21,906 nucleotides of DNA from Nitrospinales bacterium (GCA_046757665.1 JBHHYO010000048.1:1-21906); one strand, 5' to 3'. Numbered from the stretch's first letter, positions 1 through 8,506 are shown. Notes: generated by a model from the letters alone, not told the origin. Translations and numbers: made by a program.

Positions 1-276
1 GCCAAAAGCAAATGCAGGAAAACGAATAGCAATCTCATTTTCCTCACCAAACAAGACGATCATTAAGCGAATCAAAATAGAGTGAAACCTGTGGTCAAAA
101 ACGTGCCCTTCAACAAATCCAGTCAAAATGAACTCTATGGGGGAATAGGCGTAATAGAGCAAAATCGCATTTTCATCCCCTCCCCCCAATGAACGGTTCA
201 GTCCAATGAGTCTTAAAACGATTCCCAGCACGATGAGAACCACAAATATGAGACTGACAGAGGATTTCTTTTTCAT
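1..276 (-). CDS. N-terminal part of a GT-C fold membrane glycosyltransferase (ArnT/PMT_2, GT39/GT83-like); runs off the window edge
   Basis: Not in the ORF track; translated by hand from ATG at 276: MKKKSSVSLIFVVLIVLGIVLRLIGLNRSLGGGDENAILLYYAYSPIEFILTGFVEGHVFDHRFHSILIRLMIVLFGEENEIAIRFPAFAFG... It shows TM1 ending in 'LR', then the acidic 'DE' motif, then 'LFG..E.AIRFPA', the typical GT-C N-terminal pattern. Open to position 1. Confidence 0.8.
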   Translation of the reverse strand, partial: MKKKSSVSLIFVVLIVLGIVLRLIGLNRSLGGGDENAILLYYAYSPIEFILTGFVEGHVFDHRFHSILIRLMIVLFGEENEIAIRFPAFAFG

Positions 277-380
277 AATCTAAATGGAGTAAATGTCTCC
301 GGTGTATTCCAACGTTTCTTTTGGAAGTGAGAGCAATTGATTGAAGTTGGGATGAAGGATGGTTGCAAAGGGAAGGACCG

Positions 381-1814
381 TCAAGCGCTGAGCGCTTCCT
401 GGGAGGGTTCCAGTTTGGGCAGGCTGACTTTGAATTTTGTTCCCTTCCCCAATTGGCTTTCCACGTCAATCCGACCTCCGTGAGCTTTCACAATGTACCG
501 GGAAATGCTCAAGCCCAGCCCACTGCCGCCCTCGGACCGGGAGCGGGCCTTGTCCACACGATAAAAGCGGTTGAAAATGTTGGGCAGGTTTTCCTCGGAA
601 ATGCCGATGCCGGTATCCTCCACGGTCAGCAAGGCGGCATCCTCCTTGTTTTGCAGGGAAACTTTTATTCGCCCCCCCGGCGGGGTGTATTTGATGCCGT
701 TGTGCAGAATGTTCCAGATCATCTGCCGCAGGCGGACGGCATCGCCATTGATCCGCGCCGGCTCCAGATAGGCGATCACGATTTCTATATTTTTTTCGTC
801 TGCCAGCACTTCCGCGTGTTTGCAAACCTCTTCAATAATCGTTCCCAGGTCCATCGGTTTGCAATCGAACCGAATCTTATCCTCGTCCGCCTTGGAGAGC
901 GCAAACAAATCCTCCAGAACCTTGGACATGTAATTAATTTCTTCCAGGTTGCTGGACAACACCTCCTGATATTCGTTGAGTGTGCGGACCTTATTGAGAG
1001 TCAACTCGCTTTGTCCCTTCAAAACGGTCAAGGGCGTGCGTAATTCATGGGACGCATCGCTACTAAACTGCCGCATGTGAACGAACGAGTTTTCCAGCCG
1101 CTCCAACATGTCGTTGAAGGTAACGACCAGCTTGCCGATCTCGTCCTGAGCCGGGGGCACGGGGATGCGTTTGCTCAGGTCGTGACCGCTACTGATGTCC
1201 CGAGCGGTTTGCGTTATTTTGGAAACGGGATTCAAGGCGCGCCGGGCCATGAAAAAACCCACCAGGGTGGCCACGCCCAGAATGGCCGGGATGGCCATAT
1301 ACAGAAAAATTTTCAGGCTTTTCATGGTTTCATTAACGGCCTGAAGGGAAGTGCCCACCTGAACCAGGTTCACCAGTTTCCCGTTGCGCCGGATGGGCAT
1401 GGTGAGCACCCGAATGGGGTGGTCGTCCGACAACATGAAAGTTTCAAACGTATCTTCTCCCTTGACCGCCCGGGAGTAAGCCTCCTGGGTCAGGGGAAAC
1501 TGGGAGCCGTCGATATTTTTGGAGCGCGAACCCACGTTGCCGGAGCCGTCATAAATCCGGAAAAACTTGTTCATGTTGCCGTGCCCCATGAACTGGTTCA
1601 AAAAATATTCCAGCCCCGGCAAGGGCGCCGCCGCGTATTTCATCAGGGCGGTTTTCGCCACCACCCGCGCCGAAACTTTCAGCGAGTTGTCCACGCCTTC
1701 ATACAGTTGGTTGGATAAAAAGAAGTGCAGAAGAAAGCTGAAAAGGATCAGGATGATGGCCAGAAGGGCCACGTACCAGGCGGTCAATTTCAATCGTATT
1801 GAGGTAAAGCTCAT
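381..1814 (-). CDS. Sensor histidine kinase, heavy-metal (CusS/CzcS/HprS-like) family: TM-periplasmic-TM-HAMP-HisKA-HATPase
   Basis: Two TM helices, HAMP (…DEIGKLVVTFNDMLERLE), H-box FSSDASHELRTPL, N-box NILHNGIKY, G1 DTGIGI, F-box IFNRFYR, G2 GSGLGLSI. Confidence 0.93.
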   Translation of the reverse strand: MSFTSIRLKLTAWYVALLAIILILFSFLLHFFLSNQLYEGVDNSLKVSARVVAKTALMKYAAAPLPGLEYFLNQFMGHGNMNKFFRIYDGSGNVGSRSKNIDGSQFPLTQEAYSRAVKGEDTFETFMLSDDHPIRVLTMPIRRNGKLVNLVQVGTSLQAVNETMKSLKIFLYMAIPAILGVATLVGFFMARRALNPVSKITQTARDISSGHDLSKRIPVPPAQDEIGKLVVTFNDMLERLENSFVHMRQFSSDASHELRTPLTVLKGQSELTLNKVRTLNEYQEVLSSNLEEINYMSKVLEDLFALSKADEDKIRFDCKPMDLGTIIEEVCKHAEVLADEKNIEIVIAYLEPARINGDAVRLRQMIWNILHNGIKYTPPGGRIKVSLQNKEDAALLTVEDTGIGISEENLPNIFNRFYRVDKARSRSEGGSGLGLSISRYIVKAHGGRIDVESQLGKGTKFKVSLPKLEPSQEALSA

Positions 1815-1817
1815 GGG

Positions 1818-2486
1818 TCACTCCTTCATCACATAACCCACGCCCCGCAACGTGTGCAACAGTTTTTTGGGATGGTTCTTGTCGATTTTTTTCCGCAGAT
1901 GATTGATATAGACATCGATGACATTGGTAAACGTGTCGAAGTTGTAGTCCCAGACATGCTCGGCGATCATGGTTCGGGTCAACACCTTTTCCCGGTTCCG
2001 CATGAAGTATTCCAGCAGACTGTACTCTTTTCCGGTAAGTTCGATTTCCTCTCCGTCACGCTTGACTTTATGACTGAGGAGGTCGAGGGTCAAGTCGGCG
2101 ATTTGCAGAACGGTCTGGCGCTCGGTTTTTCCTCTTCGCAACAACACCCGCGTGCGGGCCAGCAATTCGGAAAACGCGAACGGCTTGGTCAAATAATCAT
2201 CCGCGCCCTTGTTCAGCCCTCTTACCCGGTCTTCCACGGAATCCTTGGCGGTGAGGAGAAGAATGGGGGTGTCGATTTTATCTTCGCGCAACCGGGTCAG
2301 CACCTCCAGGCCATCCATCTTGGGAAGCATGATGTCCAGAATAATCAAGTCGTAGAGATTTTCGCGCGCCAGGTATAATCCTTCCTCGCCGTCGTAAGCG
2401 ACATCGACGGCGTAGGTTTCCTCCTCCAGGCCCTTTTTGATAAATCCGGCGACTTTTTTTTCATCCTCGATAATCAAGATTCGCAT
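1818..2486 (-). CDS. OmpR-family response regulator (CusR/CzcR-like)
   Basis: Receiver domain (MRILIIEDE, LDIMLP, GADDYLTKPF) plus winged helix (VWDYNFDTFTNVIDVYINHLRKKID, TLRGVGY); 3 nt from the kinase gene. Confidence 0.95.
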   Translation of the reverse strand: MRILIIEDEKKVAGFIKKGLEEETYAVDVAYDGEEGLYLARENLYDLIILDIMLPKMDGLEVLTRLREDKIDTPILLLTAKDSVEDRVRGLNKGADDYLTKPFAFSELLARTRVLLRRGKTERQTVLQIADLTLDLLSHKVKRDGEEIELTGKEYSLLEYFMRNREKVLTRTMIAEHVWDYNFDTFTNVIDVYINHLRKKIDKNHPKKLLHTLRGVGYVMKE

Positions 2487-2693
2487 TTACGCATCCCACT
2501 TCTTTTGGACTTTATGCAACTCAATTTCCGACTGAAGCATTTTCATGTGCTTTTCGCAATCCTTCATTATGGCGGAATACATGGCCCGGCAACTTTCATC
2601 CCTGGCGTCGATCATGGCCTGCTTGCAAATCCCCGCCGCCTCCTCCACGGATTTCAAGGCGACCAGCAAATTTTCATTAAATTTTTCAGCCAT
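2487..2693 (-). CDS. 68-aa helical-hairpin protein resembling half of a ferritin-like four-helix bundle, Cys/Met-rich
   Basis: Amphipathic helix-turn-helix pattern 'EAAGICKQAMIDARDESCRAMYSAIMKDCEKHMKML' follows the rubrerythrin/EncFtn spacing. Its TAA stop directly abuts the ATG of the response regulator. Confidence 0.75.
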   Translation of the reverse strand: MAEKFNENLLVALKSVEEAAGICKQAMIDARDESCRAMYSAIMKDCEKHMKMLQSEIELHKVQKKWDA

Positions 2694-2755
2694 GGCAAGT
2701 TCTCAATCCACCGGCGGATTTCGATCATTCGTCAAAATCGAGCCGGGACGGGGGG

Positions 2756-3013
2756 TTATTCTCTTTCTTCCTTTTCCCACTGCTTGCGAAAGAGAATTTT
2801 GACCATCACGATACCCAGGGCCATCCCGAAATAAGGAAGAGCATTTATTAATTCCACCAGAAAACGTCCGAAATCTCCATAATTTTTTGCCAGGCCGCCA
2901 AGCAAGGGATTGCCGGACTTTTCCACCCAGTAAAAAATGAGGTTGATGACCGTTCCGCAAATAAAACCGATGAAAGCGCCAAACCCGTAGTAAACAATTT
3001 TAAGTCCATCCAC
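2756..3013 (-). CDS. Small membrane protein with two TM segments, unknown function
   Basis: Two hydrophobic Gly-rich helices and a charged C-tail (RKQWEKEERE). GTG start; start position uncertain. Confidence 0.7.
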   Translation of the reverse strand: MDGLKIVYYGFGAFIGFICGTVINLIFYWVEKSGNPLLGGLAKNYGDFGRFLVELINALPYFGMALGIVMVKILFRKQWEKEERE

Positions 3014-3037
3014 GCCATATGCCCCCGCAAATCCTCC

Positions 3038-3066
3038 TTGCGCTGTTATACTCCAATGGTTAATAT
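3038..3066 (+). promoter_or_regulatory. Putative sigma70 promoter for the SDR gene
   Basis: TTGCGC (3038-3043), 17 nt, TAATAT (3061-3066). Confidence 0.45.
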
Positions 3067-3093
3067 CTTAATACAACCTTATAGCGGTTGCAA
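3065..3093 (-). promoter_or_regulatory. Putative sigma70 promoter for the membrane protein / half-ferritin / two-component cluster
   Basis: Minus strand TTGCAA (3093-3088), 17 nt, TAAGAT (3070-3065). Confidence 0.5.
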
Positions 3094-3110
3094 AACCTTC
3101 GGGGGGAATC

Positions 3111-3851
3111 ATGCGGCTGGAAAACAAAACAGCGATCATCACCGGCGGGGCAACGGGGATCGGTTTTGCCTGCGCGCAACTGTTTTGCCGGGAAGGAGCG
3201 CGGGTGGTCTTGTTCGGCAGACGCCAGGACAGGCTCGACGAGGCGGTGGGAACTATCGGTGAAAAGGCCCTGGCCGTAGCGGGCGACATCACCCGCGAAG
3301 AGGATATCGTCCGCCTGGTTGACACCGCGCTGGCCCGTCTGGACCGGCTCGATATTCTGGTCAACAATGCCGGGGCCTTCGGCGGCGCGCCCCTCCACGA
3401 AATGGAGGACGAGCATTGGGACAACATGTTCGCCGTTAATTTGCGCGGCGTGTTCCGATTGACCCGGCGAGTGATTCCTTCCATGCGGAAACAAAAATCC
3501 GGGTCAATCGTTCATATCAGTTCCATCCTGGGAATGATCGCCGTTCCGCAAACGGCGGCCTACAATGCTTCCAAGGGAGCCTTGATCCAGCTCAGCCGCT
3601 CCATCGCCGCGGAATATGGCGCGGACGGCATCCGGTCCAACGCAGTCTGTCCGGGACTCATCGCCACGGAAATGACCGCCGACCTGATGAGCGACAAGAA
3701 ACTCATGGAAGAATGGCGCAAGGGCTATCCCATCGGCCGGTTTGGCGAACCGGAGGACGTGGCACGGGCCTGTCTTTATCTGGCCAGCGACGAGTCTTCC
3801 TTCGTAACGGGAGCCGTTCTCCCGGTGGACGGCGGATACACCGCGCTCTAG
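3111..3851 (+). CDS. Classical short-chain dehydrogenase/reductase (FabG-like SDR)
   Basis: TGGATGIG, NNAG, catalytic YNASK, C-terminal VDGGY. Basic 'GRR' after beta-2 suggests NADP(H). Confidence 0.95.
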   Translation: MRLENKTAIITGGATGIGFACAQLFCREGARVVLFGRRQDRLDEAVGTIGEKALAVAGDITREEDIVRLVDTALARLDRLDILVNNAGAFGGAPLHEMEDEHWDNMFAVNLRGVFRLTRRVIPSMRKQKSGSIVHISSILGMIAVPQTAAYNASKGALIQLSRSIAAEYGADGIRSNAVCPGLIATEMTADLMSDKKLMEEWRKGYPIGRFGEPEDVARACLYLASDESSFVTGAVLPVDGGYTAL

Positions 3852-3859
3852 CCGCGGGG

Positions 3860-3888
3860 TTGACTGGTTCTCCGGCAAGGCATAGAAT
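3860..3888 (+). promoter_or_regulatory. Sigma70 promoter upstream of gatB
   Basis: TTGACT (3860-3865), 17 nt, TAGAAT (3883-3888); 5/6 match to consensus in both boxes. Confidence 0.7.
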
Positions 3889-3979
3889 AACTTCGTTTAC
3901 TCAAACATATTTATGATCGGTAAGGGTTTTTTCGCCGGGCACGTCCGCGTTTCACCCACAGCCTCAAGAACACAACACC

Positions 3980-5410
3980 ATGAAATACGAACCGGTTATC
4001 GGACTGGAGGTTCATGTCCAGTTAAAAACCCAAACCAAGTTGTTCTGTTCCTGCTCAACGGAGTTCGGCGGGTCTCCCAACGAAAACACATGCCCCATCT
4101 GCCTGGGAATGCCGGGGGTTCTGCCGGTTTTAAATAAAAAGGTGCTGGAATTGGCTATACGGGCCGGACTGGCGACTCATTGCCGCATCCAGACCACCAG
4201 CCGTTTCGACCGTAAAAATTATTTTTATCCCGATCTGCCGAAGGGCTATCAAATTTCACAATACGATTTTCCCATCGCCTTGGGCGGCTACGTCAACATC
4301 CGGGCAAACGGCGCCGGGAAGCGCATCGGCTTGACCCGCATCCATATGGAGGAAGACGCCGGAAAACTGATCCACGGAGAAAACCTGGGCCAGCCGGACA
4401 AAAGTTACGTGGACTTCAATCGCACCGGCGTCCCTTTAATCGAAATCGTCAGCGAACCGGACATTCGTTCGCCGGAGGAGGCCAAGGAATATTTGACGGA
4501 ACTGAAGGCCATTTTGCTGTACGCCCAGGTGAGCGACTGCAATATGGAAGAAGGCAGTCTGCGATGCGATGCCAATATCTCGCTACGTCCCCATGGCCAG
4601 AAAAAGTTCGGCACGCGCACGGAACTGAAAAATTTAAACTCCTTTCGGTTCGTGCAAAAGGCCCTCGAATATGAAATCGACCGCCAAGCCAAAATACTCG
4701 ACCAGGGCGACCGGGTTGTCCAGGAAACCCGGCTGTGGGACAAGGGCGTTACTTTTTCCATGCGTAGCAAGGAGGAAGCGCACGATTACCGGTATTTCCC
4801 CGAACCCGACCTGGTGCCGATGGTCGTCGATGAGCAATGGATCGAAACAATACGGTCCACCCTGCCCGAACTGCCGGAACAAAAGCGGCAACGGTTTGTC
4901 AAGGAATACCAAATTCCTCCGTATGACGCAGGGGTCCTCACCTCCACCCGGGCTCTCGCGGACTATTTCGAAAAATGCGTCGGCCTGTATCCTGAACCCA
5001 AGACCATCAGCAACTGGATCATGAGTGAATTGTTGAGGGAACTGAAGGACGACAACCGGGACATTTCGGACTGCCCGGTCACTCCCGGCAAACTAACGGA
5101 TCTGCTACAATTGATCGACCGGGGAACTATTAACGGAAAGATCGCTAAAAGTGTTTTTAGTGAAATGTACCAAACCGGCAAACCCGCCGAGACCTTGGTG
5201 CGGGAAAAAGGTTTAACCCAAATTACCGACGAATCGCAAATCGTCAAAGTCATCGAAGAAGTGCTGGAGGCCAACCCTCGCCAATTGGACGATTACCGAA
5301 ACGGCAAGGAAAAACTCTTCGGGTTTTTCGTCGGCCAGGTGATGAAGGCCAGCAAGGGTCAGGCCAATCCGGCGGCGGTCAACAAATTGCTCAAGGAGAG
5401 GCTGGCTTGA
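3980..5410 (+). CDS. gatB: Asp-tRNA(Asn)/Glu-tRNA(Gln) amidotransferase subunit B
   Basis: [58 protein letters not shown]-terminal YqeY domain ([16 protein letters not shown]). Confidence 0.99.
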   Translation: MKYEPVIGLEVHVQLKTQTKLFCSCSTEFGGSPNENTCPICLGMPGVLPVLNKKVLELAIRAGLATHCRIQTTSRFDRKNYFYPDLPKGYQISQYDFPIALGGYVNIRANGAGKRIGLTRIHMEEDAGKLIHGENLGQPDKSYVDFNRTGVPLIEIVSEPDIRSPEEAKEYLTELKAILLYAQVSDCNMEEGSLRCDANISLRPHGQKKFGTRTELKNLNSFRFVQKALEYEIDRQAKILDQGDRVVQETRLWDKGVTFSMRSKEEAHDYRYFPEPDLVPMVVDEQWIETIRSTLPELPEQKRQRFVKEYQIPPYDAGVLTSTRALADYFEKCVGLYPEPKTISNWIMSELLRELKDDNRDISDCPVTPGKLTDLLQLIDRGTINGKIAKSVFSEMYQTGKPAETLVREKGLTQITDESQIVKVIEEVLEANPRQLDDYRNGKEKLFGFFVGQVMKASKGQANPAAVNKLLKERLA

Positions 5411-5487
5411 GGGCTTTGGCGAGCGGCGCCCGCCCGCTTCCGCTCAAACAATCTCTTTTTCCTTAAAAATCGTAACCGGTAGAAACT

Positions 5488-6051
5488 ATGTCGCACACTC
5501 AATGGAAAACGATCATTCATATTTGTCTTGTTACCTTTGCGGTTGTTTTCGGGTCCGCGGTAAGGTATAGTTCCACGGCTTTCGCCGGAGAAACCAGCGC
5601 CCCTGCTTCACCGGCGGGGAAAATATCCCAGGACAAACGCTTTATCGACAATGGCGACAATACCATCACCGACACCAAAACGGGGCTCATGTGGATGAAG
5701 CAGGATTCCTTTTTGCATACCGGGCATTGGAAAAACTGGTTCCAGGCGCAGGACTACATCGACCAGTTAAATGAAAAGGGATTCGCGAATTATCATGACT
5801 GGGAAGCGCCCACCGTGGAGGAGTTGAAGACCTTGTATGAACCGGAGAAACTCAACAGCTCCCAGCTGGGCCATGAAATGAAAATACATATCGACCCCCT
5901 GTTTGCAAAGAAAGGATCGGGGTCTTCCTGGTCGGGCCAGGCCAACGGCGTTTTCCAGGCTTTCGGAGTTGTTTTCAATGACGGCAAAAGATTCTCCCAT
6001 CCGAAGCGCTCCAAGGCCCGGAAATCAATTCGCGCCGTGCGCCATCCCTAA
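5488..6051 (+). CDS. Exported Lcl C-terminal domain (DUF1566) protein
   Basis: Signal peptide (…AFA), RFIDNGDNTITDTKTGLMW, 'DWEAPTVEELKTL', C-terminal 'IRAVR'. Confidence 0.85.
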   Translation: MSHTQWKTIIHICLVTFAVVFGSAVRYSSTAFAGETSAPASPAGKISQDKRFIDNGDNTITDTKTGLMWMKQDSFLHTGHWKNWFQAQDYIDQLNEKGFANYHDWEAPTVEELKTLYEPEKLNSSQLGHEMKIHIDPLFAKKGSGSSWSGQANGVFQAFGVVFNDGKRFSHPKRSKARKSIRAVRHP

Positions 6052-6086
6052 CCCTGAATTATTCCTTGATAAGTGAATCCAACTTT

Positions 6087-7742
6087 ATGAAAACCCTGAA
6101 ACGTTCCATCATTATTTTCTTCTTCGCTTGCAGTTTCGTGGCCGGTCCGGACTCACCGGCGCAGGCCACCTTTCCGGACATGGAAATCGGCCATTGGGGC
6201 AAAATGGACACCAACATCCCCAGTATGGCGAAAGGCCTCACCAATGACAGGGACGACCCTCAATACATAAAGGTTCATGAGCTTGTGCGCGACAAAAAAT
6301 ATGATGAGGCTCTGGCCATTCTGGAAGAAAAAGCCAAAAACAAATCCGAGCGCGACACCGCCCTGATCCTGAAAGCCATCATTCTCAACGAACAAGGGAA
6401 ATATTTGCAGGCGCTTTCGGTCATGCGCCTCGGGGAAGTGATTCAAAAGCTTCATCCGGCGATCCAGTTCGGACTTTGCCAAATACATCGCAACCTGGGC
6501 CAGGCCGACATGGCTCGGCGATCTTGCAGGATCACCACGCAACAACATTTTCGCAACCCGCTGACGCATTACGAATTTGCACAAACCTTGATGGCCCTGG
6601 GGGAAATGAAAGAGGCCAGCGACGAACTCGCCCTGGCCGCACAATTCGATCCCAAAAACCCTCGCTATCATTATCAGCGCGGATTGATTTTTTCCTATTT
6701 CAACGATACGGACCAAGCGAAAAGGGCTTTTCAAAAAGCCCTGTCCGCCGATCCCAATCATCTGGACTCCGTCTATCAGCTGGCTTACATTTATGCAGTG
6801 ACCGGAAAGCCGGAAAAGGCAAAAAAACAGATCGCCGTTATTCTTGCCGCCAAGGACGAGCACCCCAAAACCCAATCCGCCAAAGTGTTGCTGAATTACA
6901 TCAACGAAAACGCCACGGCCAAACTGCCGGCAAAAATCGATCCGCCGGCGTACCACCTGAGCCGGTCGCAATCTTTCTACAAATCCGGGAAATACGGTCT
7001 GGCGCTCCTGGAAGTTCAAACTGCCGCCCGGCTCAAACCCGACGATCTGAAAACGCAGGAAATCCTCGTCGGCCTGAGCAGTATTCTTTTGCGTTTGGTC
7101 CTGGCCGAGGAAGCGGTAAACCACCTGATTGAGCTGGCCAAAGGGCAGTCTGTGCTCCAGGCTCGAGGATACCAGAAACTCGGCGACATCAAAGTAATGC
7201 AAGGCAAACTGGCCGCGGCCCGCAAAAATTACGAAAAGGCGCTTTCCCTGGGTGATCCCAAAAACCTGGCTAAAATAGCAATCGAGGAAATCCCCGAACA
7301 ATCCGCAGATTCCGCGGCGCCCATCAAACCTCAGGAGCTTTACATCGACCCCGTGGAAGGACTGAACCGTCAAGGCGAAATTTTTTCCCACTACGGAATG
7401 TACAAGAGTGCGCTCGGCATCTATTCCCTGATCCTGAAAATGAAGCCGACGCATGTTCTGGCGAAGCTGAATGCCGGCGCCGCCTATTTCAAGATTGGGC
7501 AATACAACCGCGCCATTGCTCTTCTCGAAAAAGTTCTGGTCACCCATCCCAATCACGAGAACATCAGCACTCACCGGCTTCTCCTGGCTCAAGCCTATGC
7601 GAAAAAAGGCGATTTGACCTCGGCGCTCAATAACCTGGAAAAACTGGTTGAACTGAATCCTCGCTACAAGAAGCTCATCCAGTCCAAATCTGAATTCGAA
7701 AAACTAAAAAATTTTGAGCGGTACAAGAAGCTGATGCAATAG
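6087..7742 (+). CDS. Exported multi-TPR protein
   Basis: Signal peptide from ATG 6087 (MKTLKRSIIIFFFACS…AQA), followed by many TPR units (e.g. DPKNPRYHYQRGLIF, AKLNAGAAYFKIGQYNRAIALLEKVL). Confidence 0.88.
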   Translation: MKTLKRSIIIFFFACSFVAGPDSPAQATFPDMEIGHWGKMDTNIPSMAKGLTNDRDDPQYIKVHELVRDKKYDEALAILEEKAKNKSERDTALILKAIILNEQGKYLQALSVMRLGEVIQKLHPAIQFGLCQIHRNLGQADMARRSCRITTQQHFRNPLTHYEFAQTLMALGEMKEASDELALAAQFDPKNPRYHYQRGLIFSYFNDTDQAKRAFQKALSADPNHLDSVYQLAYIYAVTGKPEKAKKQIAVILAAKDEHPKTQSAKVLLNYINENATAKLPAKIDPPAYHLSRSQSFYKSGKYGLALLEVQTAARLKPDDLKTQEILVGLSSILLRLVLAEEAVNHLIELAKGQSVLQARGYQKLGDIKVMQGKLAAARKNYEKALSLGDPKNLAKIAIEEIPEQSADSAAPIKPQELYIDPVEGLNRQGEIFSHYGMYKSALGIYSLILKMKPTHVLAKLNAGAAYFKIGQYNRAIALLEKVLVTHPNHENISTHRLLLAQAYAKKGDLTSALNNLEKLVELNPRYKKLIQSKSEFEKLKNFERYKKLMQ

Positions 7743-7822
7743 CTTTTTGATTTTTTATGATTCGCCCGTTTTTTCTCAAAATGTGCTCACGCCCGGCCCG
7801 ATGATGCTTCGGAAAATCCGAT

Positions 7823-7850
7823 TTGACTTTCATCCTTATTCCTGTAAAGT
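7823..7850 (+). promoter_or_regulatory. Possible sigma70 promoter
   Basis: TTGACT (7823-7828), 16 nt, TAAAGT (7845-7850). Confidence 0.4.
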
Positions 7851-7975
7851 TGGAAAATCCGGGAATTTTCGACCACAATTTTACTACGAGGAGCATTAAC
7901 CCGGCACACTGGAAAGCCTGCAATGCCTTCCCTATTCAAAGGGGAGACGGCAAGAGGATGAATCCGGATTTTCCA
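7851..7975 (+). other. Structured intergenic element closed by a perfect 12-bp inverted repeat (candidate ncRNA, leader or MITE)
   Basis: TGGAAAATCCGG (7851-7862) is the exact reverse complement of CCGGATTTTCCA (7964-7975). The stem can be extended with G-U pairs on the + strand, and internal hairpins are present. Confidence 0.5.
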
Positions 7976-8056
7976 TGCCGCCAATTATATCGCTCCCCCC
8001 GGTAAATCCGTTTTGGCGTAAATGGTTTTTATATTTTCAAAAGGGAGGACACGCAG

Positions 8057-8506
8057 ATGACCATCCAACAGGGAGGTAAAATTTTTGTTCTAAAGGGGCT
8101 GATAATTTTTTTCGGGATCCTGCTTGTTTCCGGGCAGGGACTATCCCAGACAAACGACTGCGGAGAAGCCGGGCGCCAGTTGCAAGGAAATTTTGAGGTT
8201 ATCCAAACCAAGGGAGGTCTGTGGGGTTATTTCGAAAGGGCCACGGCATTGAAGGATCGGTCTTTTCTGGGGATGCAGGCCGACTCCAAACTGCAACGCG
8301 CCGTGATGATTTTCAAAGAGCAATGTAGCGATCAGTCCACCCCCCCTCCCACCCCTGCCCTGTTTAAAAAAATCGGCGACGTTCTGGATGAGGCCCGGAT
8401 CATCAACAACAAATCGGTGAACCGCACACCGCCGGAGAAAATCGTTACCTCCGTTCAGGAACTGATCAAAAACCTCGACAATCTCATAAAGAGCGCGGGT
8501 CAATAA
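8057..8506 (+). CDS. Exported alpha-helical hypothetical protein with two Cys
   Basis: Strong SD GGGAGG 8-9 nt upstream, hydrophobic signal peptide, amphipathic helices; 6 nt from bcp. Confidence 0.8.
   Translation: MTIQQGGKIFVLKGLIIFFGILLVSGQGLSQTNDCGEAGRQLQGNFEVIQTKGGLWGYFERATALKDRSFLGMQADSKLQRAVMIFKEQCSDQSTPPPTPALFKKIGDVLDEARIINNKSVNRTPPEKIVTSVQELIKNLDNLIKSAGQ

Noticed and set aside
173-469. 98-aa minus-strand ORF in the track
   Set aside because: Overlaps the kinase 3' end and the better-supported GT-C ORF (1-276) in another frame
4720-4765. GatB loop [11 protein letters not shown] looks about 2 aa shorter than usual
   Set aside because: In frame, in what is probably a variable hairpin loop; all catalytic motifs intact
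5421-5460. Hairpin GAGCGG…CCGCTC after gatB as an intrinsic terminator
   Set aside because: Large loop, and the U-tract is about 10 nt from the stem; too weak to call
6153-7592. 479-aa ORF antisense to the TPR gene (likewise 16122-17591, 10629-11843, 363-1043, 1047-1718, 20303-21070)
   Set aside because: These overlap well-supported genes on the opposite strand and have shadow-like composition with no domains
7936-7955. TCAAAGGGGAG…GGCAAGA resembling a yybP-ykoY (Mn) riboswitch; CGAGGAGC resembling an SAH riboswitch
   Set aside because: The intervening helices and the remaining conserved segments are absent
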